DNA of 64,000 nt from an uncultured Flavobacterium sp. (GTDB lineage Bacteria; Bacteroidota; Bacteroidia; Flavobacteriales; Flavobacteriaceae): contig CAXHZP010000008.1 in assembly GCA_964021805.1 (NCBI GenBank), positions 917-64,916 of the forward strand. The letters run 5' to 3'. This document shows, piece after piece, positions 52,430-62,220 of the stretch. Each line of letters begins with the position of its first letter. Positions within the stretch are counted from its first letter, which is position 1. Under the pieces are notes generated by a model. The model was given only the letters and a program-made list of their open reading frames with translations. It ran no database searches and was not told where the DNA came from. The position numbers and the translations under genes are program-made.

Positions 52430-53080
52430 ATGAAAAATCAACAAAGTATACTGGCTATCATCGTAGTTTTTTTAATCTTAATTACATATGGTTTCACCAG
52501 AGAGTCAGAACAAAATGAATATCAAGTAAATAAAATTGGTGCCTCAGATAAAGTAGCCTATTTTGCAAGTGGCTGCTTCTGGTGTGTAGAAGCAATTTTT
52601 GAAAGTGTAGAAGGAGTTAATGAAGCTATTTCAGGGTATGCTGGGGGGTTCACTAAAAATCCTACTTACAGATCTATAGGGACCGGAAGAACAGGCCACG
52701 CAGAAGCAGTAGCTGTTTATTATAATCCAGAAATTGTTACTTTTAAAACTCTCGTAGATGTTTTTTTTGGATCACATGATCCTACCACAAAGAACGGTCA
52801 ACATCCAGATTATGGCAGTCAGTATAGGTCGATTGCATTTTATAATACCTCAGATGAAAAGAAGCTCATAGAGGCAGCTATTCAAAAATTAAACAATGAA
52901 ATATACAATAATAAAATAGTGACAGAGGTAACAAAGTTGTCAGTTTTTTACGAAGCAGAGGACTATCATCAAAATTATGAAAAACGAAATCCATATGATC
53001 GATATGTTAGAAATGTATCTATACCAAGATTAAAGCGGTTTCAAAAAAAGTTTCCTGAGTTACTGAAGGCAACACATTAA
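52430..53080 (+). CDS. msrA: Peptide-methionine (S)-S-oxide reductase, exported
   Basis: GCFWC, SGYAGG, TGHAE, QYRS, AEDYHQNY; N-terminal hydrophobic signal. Confidence 0.95.
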   Translation: MKNQQSILAIIVVFLILITYGFTRESEQNEYQVNKIGASDKVAYFASGCFWCVEAIFESVEGVNEAISGYAGGFTKNPTYRSIGTGRTGHAEAVAVYYNPEIVTFKTLVDVFFGSHDPTTKNGQHPDYGSQYRSIAFYNTSDEKKLIEAAIQKLNNEIYNNKIVTEVTKLSVFYEAEDYHQNYEKRNPYDRYVRNVSIPRLKRFQKKFPELLKATH

Positions 53081-53093
53081 AAATACTTTTTTA

Positions 53094-53915
53094 CTACTGA
53101 TCTTCCAATAACACATAAACAATGTTCATGGAGAACTTGGTTCTATTTCTGTTAGATTCACTACTAGATTTATGATTAGTTAGATGTTCTAATGAATTAT
53201 TTTTCATAAGAGAATTTTTTAAAATGGTACTTTTATTATAATTCTCTGAATTTGAAAAGAGTAATGGTATATTAGGTAATATTCTATAATCTAAAACATA
53301 CTCAAAATTATTTATCATGTTTTTTGAATTATAACTTCCTGGATTCATGTAGCCATTTTTAATATCACTAGAACTACCTGCATGTCCAGCTATATATTTA
53401 TCATTTATAGATGGTGGTGATAGACTTCCGTCTTTACTTACATAAATGTTATTTCTTCCATTTAAATTATCAGCTATTGAAAAATCCTGACTATAATCTT
53501 TGTCTAAACTCTGCTTGTAGTTTATTCCATTGTTTGGAGTATGTTGCTTAATCTCAAGTAGATTTAATGGAATATTAGTTAAAGATGTTATGTTAGCATC
53601 ATTCATATTTTCTTGAGACCAATATGTTTTCCTATTGGGATTTTTTTCTTTGTTTCTTCCAATTGCATACAAATCCCATTTAACTGTAGAGGTAATTTTA
53701 ATAGTAGTGGCTGCATTTTTTACAATACCATCATGATATTGTTTGTCTTTATCAAAGACAAAGTCTATTTGATCTGGAGAGCTCATTTCTAACTGAAGTA
53801 TAGGTTTTAGATCTAAAGTTACTGATACTGATTCTTGATACGAATTTTGAGAATTACATTCATTAGAATAACTAATTACACTAATAATCAACATAAATTT
53901 TAAAAAAGTTTTCAT
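53094..53915 (-). CDS. Secreted hypothetical protein (beta-rich)
   Basis: 273-aa ORF with signal peptide; no family I can name with confidence. Confidence 0.65.
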   Translation of the reverse strand: MKTFLKFMLIISVISYSNECNSQNSYQESVSVTLDLKPILQLEMSSPDQIDFVFDKDKQYHDGIVKNAATTIKITSTVKWDLYAIGRNKEKNPNRKTYWSQENMNDANITSLTNIPLNLLEIKQHTPNNGINYKQSLDKDYSQDFSIADNLNGRNNIYVSKDGSLSPPSINDKYIAGHAGSSSDIKNGYMNPGSYNSKNMINNFEYVLDYRILPNIPLLFSNSENYNKSTILKNSLMKNNSLEHLTNHKSSSESNRNRTKFSMNIVYVLLEDQ

Positions 53916-54427
53916 AAGATTTGATATTAAAGATTTATACTATTTTCAATTACTGCTTATTTCTTATTGAAAAAGTAGCTATCAATAACATTCAAGTCTT
54001 TCTTAGAGAAATTTGATGTAGGGTTTATGTAATAGTTGCCTAGTCATGTTACTCAGGTAAATAAATACCAATAAAGAAAACAATACAGTATTATTTAGGA
54101 GTAGGGTAGGGTGAGTTTACAGATAGTCTTAAAAAACCAAATGGGAGAAGTAAGGTATTTAATTTTACGATCTGTTTCACTAAAGTATTTTAGTGATGCT
54201 ATGATTGTTTTAAACAATAAGCTTCAAGAATAGTGAGGTTAATTATAGTTTTAACCATCATATCTTCTTGTGATTAGATCTTAATTTTTTGGGATAGAAA
54301 GGCTTGAGTAGGTAGAAACAATTTTATTAAATTACTATTTTTTTAAAAAATAGCTCTAACTCATTAAAAAAGCAATATAGGTAATTAAATTAATCTGATT
54401 ATAAGTATAAATACCTGTTTTTTGGAC

Positions 54428-54460
54428 AAATAAAACGCTGCAAATTGCAGCGTTTTATTT
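54428..54460 (-). terminator. Intrinsic (bidirectional) terminator after the acyl-CoA ligase
   Basis: AAATAAAACGCTGC-aaatt-GCAGCGTTTTATTT, perfect 14-bp stem 6 nt past the stop at 54467. Confidence 0.9.
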
Positions 54461-54466
54461 AATTAT

Positions 54467-56251
54467 TTACCCTCTATATATCTTTTCATACAAGTCATCA
54501 TAAATATTTTTAATTACTTCTCGTTTCATCTTCATGGTAGGTGTTAGATGACCATCATCTATTGTCCATTCATTTGGGGTTAATTCAAACTTTTTAATTT
54601 GTTCCCATTTTCCAAAGTTCTTATTGCATTGATCTACCTCTATTTGAATTCTATCGATGATAATTTGAGCACTAGCAATTTCTTTACAAGAGGTTCCTAT
54701 TTTGTGACCTTTTCTTTCAATCCAATCTCTTATAAATACAAAGTTTGGTTGTATTAAAGCAGCTGGCATTTTTTCATTCTCACCAACTACCATAACTTGT
54801 TCTATAAATAAAGATTGCTTTAAATCTCCTTCAAGAAGCGGTGGAACAATGTATTTACCTCCAGAGGTTTTAAACATTTCTTTTGTTCTACCTGTAATTT
54901 TTAAAAATCCATCTGCATCTATTTCTCCTTTATCTCCTGTATGGAAATAACCATTTTTAATTACCTCTGCTGTTTTTTTCGGGTCTTTGTAATACCCTTG
55001 CATTACATTTGGTCCTTTTACTAAAATTTCACCATTTTCAGCAATTTTCACTTCCACATGTTTTAAAATTCGGCCTACAGTACCAACTCTGAAACCACGA
55101 ACACCATTTTGTTCCATAAAGCTAACAGATGTTACTGGCGATGTTTCAGTTAATCCATATCCTTCCATAATTGGCATTCCTGCAGCGGCAAAAACTCTGG
55201 TTAATCTTTGTTGTAAAGCAGAAGCTCCAGATACCATTAATTTAAGTTCACCTCCTAAGGCTGCTTGCCATTTTGAGAAAATTAGTTTACGAGCTAATCC
55301 TAATTGTTTTTCATACCACCAACCATTGGCACCATAAGGTTCATATTTTAAACCAAGATCTACTGCCCAAAAAAACAGTTTCTTTTTAATACCGGTTAAT
55401 TCTTGTCCTTTTAAGACAATACTATCATATATTTTTTCATACAACCTTGGAACTGCTGTTAATACATGAGGCTTAATTTCTTGTGCATTTTCAACTAATT
55501 TTTCAACCCCTTCAGCAAAATAGATCTCTACACCACAATATTGGTATAAATAAAGTATCATACGTTCAAAAATATGACATACAGGAAGAAAACTTAAGGC
55601 TTTGTCGTTTCCTTTGGTTAATGGAACACTTTCTTCACTTGTTAAAACGTTTGATACAATATTTCCATGTGATAACATGACTCCTTTGGGTCTTCCAGTA
55701 GTTCCAGAAGTGTAAATAAGCGTTGCTAAATCTTCACTTTTTACTGCATCTTTTCTTGCTTCAACTTCTCTTTGATTTGAGGTGTCTTTCCCAAGCTCTA
55801 GGAGTTCCTTCCAATTTTTTTCATCAGATATCTCATCAAAAGTATACACCTCTTTAAGCTTTGTGTTTCCTTTAATTTTATTAATTTTTTCTACAATAGA
55901 AACATCAGACACAAAACAATAAATAGATTCAGAATGATTTAGAACATATTCATAATCTTCTTTAGATATAGTAGGATATATGGGTACATTTTGAGCACCG
56001 GTTTGAAGAATTCCTATGTCTACAACGTTCCATTCGGTTCTATTTGTGGTAGAAATAACAGCAATTTTATCATTGGCTTTTACTCCTAAACGAAGCAAGG
56101 CTCTACTGATGGTATTTGCCTTATTTATGTACTCTTCACTTGAAGTTGATACCCATTTGCTCCCGTATTTAGTAACTAAAGCATTTTTTAGGTTATATTT
56201 TTTTTGGGAAAAGTAAGGGAAGTCAAATAATCTGCTTATTTCTGAAGACAT
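54467..56251 (-). CDS. fadD: Long-chain fatty acid-CoA ligase (AMP-dependent synthetase)
   Basis: YTSGTTGRPKG, EGYGLTET, FHTGDKG, KTSGGKY. Confidence 0.9.
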   Translation of the reverse strand: MSSEISRLFDFPYFSQKKYNLKNALVTKYGSKWVSTSSEEYINKANTISRALLRLGVKANDKIAVISTTNRTEWNVVDIGILQTGAQNVPIYPTISKEDYEYVLNHSESIYCFVSDVSIVEKINKIKGNTKLKEVYTFDEISDEKNWKELLELGKDTSNQREVEARKDAVKSEDLATLIYTSGTTGRPKGVMLSHGNIVSNVLTSEESVPLTKGNDKALSFLPVCHIFERMILYLYQYCGVEIYFAEGVEKLVENAQEIKPHVLTAVPRLYEKIYDSIVLKGQELTGIKKKLFFWAVDLGLKYEPYGANGWWYEKQLGLARKLIFSKWQAALGGELKLMVSGASALQQRLTRVFAAAGMPIMEGYGLTETSPVTSVSFMEQNGVRGFRVGTVGRILKHVEVKIAENGEILVKGPNVMQGYYKDPKKTAEVIKNGYFHTGDKGEIDADGFLKITGRTKEMFKTSGGKYIVPPLLEGDLKQSLFIEQVMVVGENEKMPAALIQPNFVFIRDWIERKGHKIGTSCKEIASAQIIIDRIQIEVDQCNKNFGKWEQIKKFELTPNEWTIDDGHLTPTMKMKREVIKNIYDDLYEKIYRG

Positions 56252-56339
56252 AAAGTAATTTTAATTTTTATATAAGTTGTGAAGCCAAATTACAAAAAAC
56301 GAATAGATTTCACAATATGATATTTTTGGGTATTATTTC

Positions 56340-58100
56340 TTAAAGATTATATATTTTGTCGTATAAATTTTTATGCTTTTCTAAAATTATTTTTCTTTTC
56401 ATTTTAAGAGTTGGTGTCAGGTGACCAGATGTTGCAGTCCATTCCTCCTTGGTAATTTCAAATTTTTTGATTTGTTCCCATTTTCCAAAATCTTTGTTGC
56501 ATATATCTATTTCTTGTTGAATTCTACTTCTTAATTCTTTATTGTCTTGCAAATTATCAATCTTATATCCTTTTCTTTTTATCCATTCATTCACGTATTC
56601 AAAGTTTACTTGAATAAGAGCGGCTGGCATTTTTTGTGCTTCACCAATAACCATAACCTGTTCTATAAAACGAGATTTTTTTAATTGACTTTCTATAACA
56701 GTTGGAGCAATATATTTTCCTCCTGAGGTTTTGAAAATTTCTTTTTTTCTATCTGTGATTTTTAAAAAACCTTCGGAGTCGAGTTCTCCAATATCTCCAG
56801 AATGAAGATATCCATCTTTAATTGTTTCTGCTGTTAAGTCGTCTCTTTTGTAGTAACCTTGCATTATACAATGTCCTTTCATTAAAATCTCACCATCATC
56901 TGCTATTTTAATTTCTATTCCCTTTAAAGGTTTTCCAACGGTGCCTATTTTCAAAGAATTATTTCTCAAATCATTTAATGTAGCTCCAGGTGAAGATTCG
57001 GTCATTCCATATCCTTCATAAACTGGAATACCAGCTGCAGTAAAAACTTTAATCAACCTCGGTTGAAGGGGGGCACTCCCGGAGATCATAAATTCTAAAT
57101 TATTACCCAGTGCTTCCTGCCATTTTACAAAGATTAGTTTTCTTGCTATCCTTAATTTAAAGTGATACCAAGACCCGTTTTTTTCATAAGGTTCATATTT
57201 TTCTCCTAACGCTAAGGCCCAAAAGAAAAGTCTTTTCTTTAAACCGGTTAAATTACTTCCTTTATCTACAATTTTATCAAATATTTTTTCTAATAATCTT
57301 GGAACAACTGCCATCATGCTAGGTTTAACTTCTCTTATGTTATCACCCAATAACTCAATACTTTCTGCAAAATAGGTGCTAAAACCCATCATTTGCGAAT
57401 AATAACCAGCTGTTCTTTCAAACACATGACTAACAGGTAGGTAACTGATTGTTTTTTTACCAGGACCTTCAATATTTAATCTATCTGCAGTTGCTTTAAT
57501 ATTTTCAACAATATTGTGATGAGATAACATAACCCCTTTAGGTGTTCCAGTAGTTCCAGATGTATAAATAATTGTTGCTAAATCTTTTGGCTTAATAGAT
57601 TTTTTTAACTCCTCTACCTTAGTTTGTGATGTTTCATCTTTTCCCAGCTTTAAAAAAGATTCCCAACCAATATCTGATTGCTTATCTATTCTATACACTT
57701 CTTTTAGCTGAGTTTTATCTTGAACTTTTTTTACTTTTTCGTAGATATCATCACCAGCAATAAAACAATACTTAGAATCTGAATGATTTAATACATATTC
57801 ATAATCCTTTTCTGATAATGTGGCATATAAAGGAACATTTTGTGCACCAATCTGTAAAATACCGATATCCAAAAAATGCCATTTAGGTTGATTTACTGGA
57901 ACTATGATAGCAACTTTATCATTAGCTTTTAATCCTAATTTTAATAAAGACCTGCTTACATTATTAGAAATAGTAATAAAATCTTGACTTGAGTAACTTT
58001 TCCAGTTGTTTTTGTCTTTATAGACTAATGATTTTTCTTGTGGATAATTATTTTTTTGATAATCTATACAATCAAAAACACGTGTTATTTTATTTGTCAT
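56340..58100 (-). CDS. fadD: Long-chain fatty acid-CoA ligase (paralogue)
   Basis: YTSGTTGTPKG, EGYGMTES, LHSGDIG. Start placed at ATG 58100 (MTNKITRVFD), which aligns with the paralogue start MSSEISRLFD. Confidence 0.88.
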   Translation of the reverse strand: MTNKITRVFDCIDYQKNNYPQEKSLVYKDKNNWKSYSSQDFITISNNVSRSLLKLGLKANDKVAIIVPVNQPKWHFLDIGILQIGAQNVPLYATLSEKDYEYVLNHSDSKYCFIAGDDIYEKVKKVQDKTQLKEVYRIDKQSDIGWESFLKLGKDETSQTKVEELKKSIKPKDLATIIYTSGTTGTPKGVMLSHHNIVENIKATADRLNIEGPGKKTISYLPVSHVFERTAGYYSQMMGFSTYFAESIELLGDNIREVKPSMMAVVPRLLEKIFDKIVDKGSNLTGLKKRLFFWALALGEKYEPYEKNGSWYHFKLRIARKLIFVKWQEALGNNLEFMISGSAPLQPRLIKVFTAAGIPVYEGYGMTESSPGATLNDLRNNSLKIGTVGKPLKGIEIKIADDGEILMKGHCIMQGYYKRDDLTAETIKDGYLHSGDIGELDSEGFLKITDRKKEIFKTSGGKYIAPTVIESQLKKSRFIEQVMVIGEAQKMPAALIQVNFEYVNEWIKRKGYKIDNLQDNKELRSRIQQEIDICNKDFGKWEQIKKFEITKEEWTATSGHLTPTLKMKRKIILEKHKNLYDKIYNL

Positions 58101-58124
58101 GGTGATGTTATAAGATGGCAAGAT

Positions 58125-58155
58125 AAAAAAAATAGGTTTCATTTCTGAAACCTAT
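58125..58155 (-). terminator. Intrinsic terminator downstream of purL
   Basis: ATAGGTTTCA-tttc-TGAAACCTAT 10-bp stem; the A-run at 58125-58132 gives a U-tract on the minus strand. Confidence 0.8.
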
Positions 58156-58263
58156 GTTTACTGATGATAAATTCGTCCCCCGATAAATTTTATCATTCAA
58201 TACTTAGTACTTACAAAATAACAAAAATGTAGTCATACTACAGTACGTATAAATACTTGTTTT

Positions 58264-61200
58264 TTATTTTTTTGAATCAATCCATTTTCTAGCATTTTCA
58301 AAAGCTTCCAACCATGGTGAAACTTCGTCTTTTCTTCCTTCTGGATAGTGAGCCCAATTCCATTGAAAAGTAGATCTTTCTATATGTGGCATTGTGACTA
58401 AGTGTCTTCCTGTTTTGTCACACATCATTGCTGTGTTAAAATCTGAACCATTTGGATTATGAGGATACTCTTGATAACTATACTTAGCTACGATGTTGTA
58501 TTTATCTTCCTTATAAGGTAATTTAAATTTACCTTCTCCATGAGATATCCAAACACCTAGTGTTGCCCCTGCCATACTAGATAACATAACAGAGTTGTTT
58601 TCTTGAATTTTTACAGATGTAAATGCACTTTCATGTTTCTTAGAATCATTATAAGTCATTTTTCCATGAATGTCATGGTCTGGGTTTATTAAATCCAACT
58701 CCATCCATAATTGGCATCCATTACAAATCCCTACACTCAAAGTATCTTTTCTTTCAAAAAAGGATTTTAGCGCTTTATTGGCTTTTTCATTGTATAAGAA
58801 AGCACCTGCCCAACCTTTAGCAGATCCAAGAACATCAGAATTAGAAAATCCACCAACGGCTCCAATAAACTGAATGTCCTCTAATGTCTCTCTACCAGAA
58901 ATTAAATCCGTCATATGAACATCTTTTACATCAAAACCAGCCAAATACATAGCATTTGCCATTTCTCGTTCAGAATTACTTCCTTTTTCTCTAATAATAG
59001 CGGCTTTGGGTTTGGTAGTGGTTTTGTCTATAATTGGTAAAATTCCTGTAAAATTTTCAGGAAATTTATAATGTAAAGGTTGTTTTTTAAAGTTATTAAA
59101 TCGATGCTTAGCCAATCCGTTAGCTGTTTGTTTTTGATCTAATAAAAAAGAAGTAGTATACCAAGTGTCTCTTTGTTCTGAAACATTTAAAGAAAAAGTG
59201 TCTTCATGGTTTTTTATTGTTAATACCTCTTCTTTTACAACAGTACCAATCTTAAAAAATTCGATACGTTGATCTGTTAGGGTTTTTTCTATTTGAGGAT
59301 CAGCTTGAAAAATAATTCCAGCATTTTCTGAAAATAATACTTTTATGGAATCTTTTTCAGATAAAGAGGTAAGGTCTATGTTTGCACCAATATTGTTATC
59401 TGCAAAACACATTTCAAGTAAAGATGTAATTAAACCTCCTGAGGCAATATCATGCCCTGAGTAAATTTTATCGTCTTTTATTAAATTTTGAATAGTGTTA
59501 AACGTATTTTTTACAAAAGCTGAATTTTTAACATCAGGAGCTTCGTTACCAATCGTATTTAAAACTTGATTAAATGAACTTCCTCCTAATTTGTATGAAT
59601 CTTGAGATATGTTTATATAATAAATAAAGCTGTTATTATGTTTCAAAACAGGTTCAACAACTTTACTTATTTGATTACAATTAGCAGCAGCTGATATAAT
59701 TACTGTTCCTGGTGAGATTACTTCTTCATTAGAATATCTTTGTTTCATAGATAAAGAATCTTTACCTGTTGGAACATTGATCCCTAAATCTATTGAAAAA
59801 TCAGAAATTGCTTTTACTGCCTCAAATAATCTAGCGTCTTCACCTTCATTTTTGCATGGCCACATCCAATTTGCAGAAAGAGAAATACTTTTTAAATTAT
59901 CTTTTAATGGAGCCCAAATCATATTTGTTAGTGCTTCAGCGATAGAATTTCTACTCCCAGCACCAGGGTTTATTAATCCAGAAATAGGTGAGTGGCCAAT
60001 AGCGGTAGCTACCCCTTCTTTTCCATTATAATCTAAAGCCATTACACCTACATTATTTAGAGGAATTTGTAAAGCACCAACACATTGTTGTTTAGCAACT
60101 TTTCCACCTACGCATCTATCTACTTTATTTGTAAGCCAATCTTTACAAGCAACAGCCTCTAGTTGAAGAACTTGTTCCAGGTAGATTTGTAAATTTTTTG
60201 TTTTGTATCTAGAGTTCTTGTAGTTTCTTTTTATTGTAGTATCAGACATGATGGTTTTAGGAGAACTACCAAACATGTCTTCCAATGCTAGGTCCATTGG
60301 GGTATCTCCATTGTTTTTAGATTCAAAAGTAAATCTATTGTTCCCTGTAACATCTCCAACAGTATACATTGGTGAACGCTCTCTATTTGCAATTTTTTGT
60401 AAAGTATCTGTGTGTTTTTCTGCTATTACCAATCCCATTCTTTCTTGAGATTCGTTTCCTATTATTTCTTTGGCAGATAATGTAGGGTCACCAACGGGTA
60501 ATTTATCTAAATTTATTTTACCTCCCGTATCTTCAACTAATTCAGATAAACAATTTAAATGACCACCAGCACCATGATCATGAATAGATACAATATAATT
60601 TTCATCACTTTCTATCATCCCTCTCACTGCATTTGCAGCACGCTTTTGCATTTCAGGATTAGATCTTTGTACGGCGTTTAGTTCTATTCCTGAGGCAAAC
60701 TCTCCAGTATCTGCAGAAGAAACTGCAGCTCCTCCCATTCCTATTCTGTAGTTTTCGCCACCTAAAATAACAATCTTATCACCTTCTTTAGGAGTGTCTT
60801 TTAGTGCTTGGCTTGCTTTACCGTAACCAATACCACCAGCTTGCATAATTACTTTGTCAAATCCAAGTTTTCTTGCAGCTGATGTGCTACAAGATGAATT
60901 TTCTTCGTGTTCAAATGTTAATACAGATCCGGTAATAAGAGGTTGTCCAAATTTATTTCCAAAGTCTGAAGCTCCATTGGATGCTTTAATTAAAATATCC
61001 ATAGGAGTTTGATATAACCATGGACGTTCTTTCATTTTTTGTTCCCAAAAACGATCATTTGTCAAACGAGAGTAGGAAGTCATATACACAGCTGTTCCAG
61101 CAAGCGGTAAAGACCCTTTTCCTCCAGCCAATCTATCTCTTATTTCACCCCCAGAACCTGTAGCTGCTCCATTAAAAGGTTCTACAGTAGTAGGGAAGTT

Positions 61201-61965
61201 ATGAGTTTCAGCTTTTAAAGAAATAACAGAATCAAATTTTTCTGTTTTATAATAGTCTGGAATATCTGCTCTTTTTGGTGCAAATTGTTCTACAGTAGGT
61301 CCTTTGATAAAAGCAACATTGTCTTTATAAGCAGAAACAATATCATTGGGATGTTGTTTAGATGTTTCTTTTATCATTTTAAAAAGAGAAGTAGTTTTTT
61401 CTTCTCCATCAATGACAAAAGTTCCATTAAAAATCTTGTGTCTACAATGTTCAGAGTTTACCTGTGAAAAACCAAAAACTTCAGAATCTGTTAGTTTTCG
61501 ATCAATTTTTTTAGAAACACCCTCTAAATACGATATTTCTTCCTCGTTTAAAGCCAAGCCTTCTTTAAGATTAAAGGCTGTGATATCATCTATCAAAAAG
61601 ATGGGTTCTGGCTTAATATTTATAGAAAATATATTTTGATCTAGAACTGAGAATTTTTGAAAGATCATTGAATCATACTCATTGAAATCTTTATCAACAT
61701 GATTAAATTCTTCTATTCTTTTAATACCTGAAATCCCCATATTTTCCGTAATTTCAACAGCATTTGTACTCCAGGGAGTTATCATTGCTGATCTTGGGCC
61801 AATAAAAAAGTCATGTATAGATGCTACTAGTTTATTAGTTTCTTTTGAAACTAGCTCAGAGCAAGAAAATAACCAGGTTAGTTTATTTTTATCTTCTTTG
61901 CTTAATTCTTCTGTTGTTTGAACAGCAAATACCTTACTGTTTTGGTTTCCAAAGAAATTGATCAT
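58264..61965 (-). CDS. purL: Phosphoribosylformylglycinamidine synthase (large fused form)
   Basis: NSEHCRHKIF, KAETHNFPT, HDHGAGG, glutaminase GICNGCQ, MPHIER. Confidence 0.98.
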   Translation of the reverse strand: MINFFGNQNSKVFAVQTTEELSKEDKNKLTWLFSCSELVSKETNKLVASIHDFFIGPRSAMITPWSTNAVEITENMGISGIKRIEEFNHVDKDFNEYDSMIFQKFSVLDQNIFSINIKPEPIFLIDDITAFNLKEGLALNEEEISYLEGVSKKIDRKLTDSEVFGFSQVNSEHCRHKIFNGTFVIDGEEKTTSLFKMIKETSKQHPNDIVSAYKDNVAFIKGPTVEQFAPKRADIPDYYKTEKFDSVISLKAETHNFPTTVEPFNGAATGSGGEIRDRLAGGKGSLPLAGTAVYMTSYSRLTNDRFWEQKMKERPWLYQTPMDILIKASNGASDFGNKFGQPLITGSVLTFEHEENSSCSTSAARKLGFDKVIMQAGGIGYGKASQALKDTPKEGDKIVILGGENYRIGMGGAAVSSADTGEFASGIELNAVQRSNPEMQKRAANAVRGMIESDENYIVSIHDHGAGGHLNCLSELVEDTGGKINLDKLPVGDPTLSAKEIIGNESQERMGLVIAEKHTDTLQKIANRERSPMYTVGDVTGNNRFTFESKNNGDTPMDLALEDMFGSSPKTIMSDTTIKRNYKNSRYKTKNLQIYLEQVLQLEAVACKDWLTNKVDRCVGGKVAKQQCVGALQIPLNNVGVMALDYNGKEGVATAIGHSPISGLINPGAGSRNSIAEALTNMIWAPLKDNLKSISLSANWMWPCKNEGEDARLFEAVKAISDFSIDLGINVPTGKDSLSMKQRYSNEEVISPGTVIISAAANCNQISKVVEPVLKHNNSFIYYINISQDSYKLGGSSFNQVLNTIGNEAPDVKNSAFVKNTFNTIQNLIKDDKIYSGHDIASGGLITSLLEMCFADNNIGANIDLTSLSEKDSIKVLFSENAGIIFQADPQIEKTLTDQRIEFFKIGTVVKEEVLTIKNHEDTFSLNVSEQRDTWYTTSFLLDQKQTANGLAKHRFNNFKKQPLHYKFPENFTGILPIIDKTTTKPKAAIIREKGSNSEREMANAMYLAGFDVKDVHMTDLISGRETLEDIQFIGAVGGFSNSDVLGSAKGWAGAFLYNEKANKALKSFFERKDTLSVGICNGCQLWMELDLINPDHDIHGKMTYNDSKKHESAFTSVKIQENNSVMLSSMAGATLGVWISHGEGKFKLPYKEDKYNIVAKYSYQEYPHNPNGSDFNTAMMCDKTGRHLVTMPHIERSTFQWNWAHYPEGRKDEVSPWLEAFENARKWIDSKK

Positions 61966-61995
61966 TCTGAATATGATTGGTTAAATTTAATCTAG

Positions 61996-62003
61996 CAAAT
62001 TTA
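61996..62003 (-). promoter_or_regulatory. -7 promoter element TAAATTTG for purL
   Basis: Perfect TAnnTTTG 30 nt upstream of the ATG. Confidence 0.55.
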
Positions 62004-62220
62004 AAAACTTTAACTCTTAAGTTTATTAATCTAAACTTCTTTTTTCAAAGTTTATAAATCATTTATTAACAAAAATTCAATATATTAATTCCATATATTT
62101 AGTATTGTGTTTTTTAGGTTGATATTTAGTCCTTTAGTTTTTTAAATGCTTTCATTTTTAAAAACATACTCTAAGTTAAACTTTTATAGAAAACCATAGT
62201 CTTAGTATAAATTTTTTACA

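Noticed and set aside
44753-58142. ORF-track N-terminal extensions for mnmE (44767), the antiporter (48711) and fadD (58142)
   Set aside because: The extensions overlap promoter or terminator elements; downstream ATGs (44752, 48753, 58100) fit the family N-termini better.
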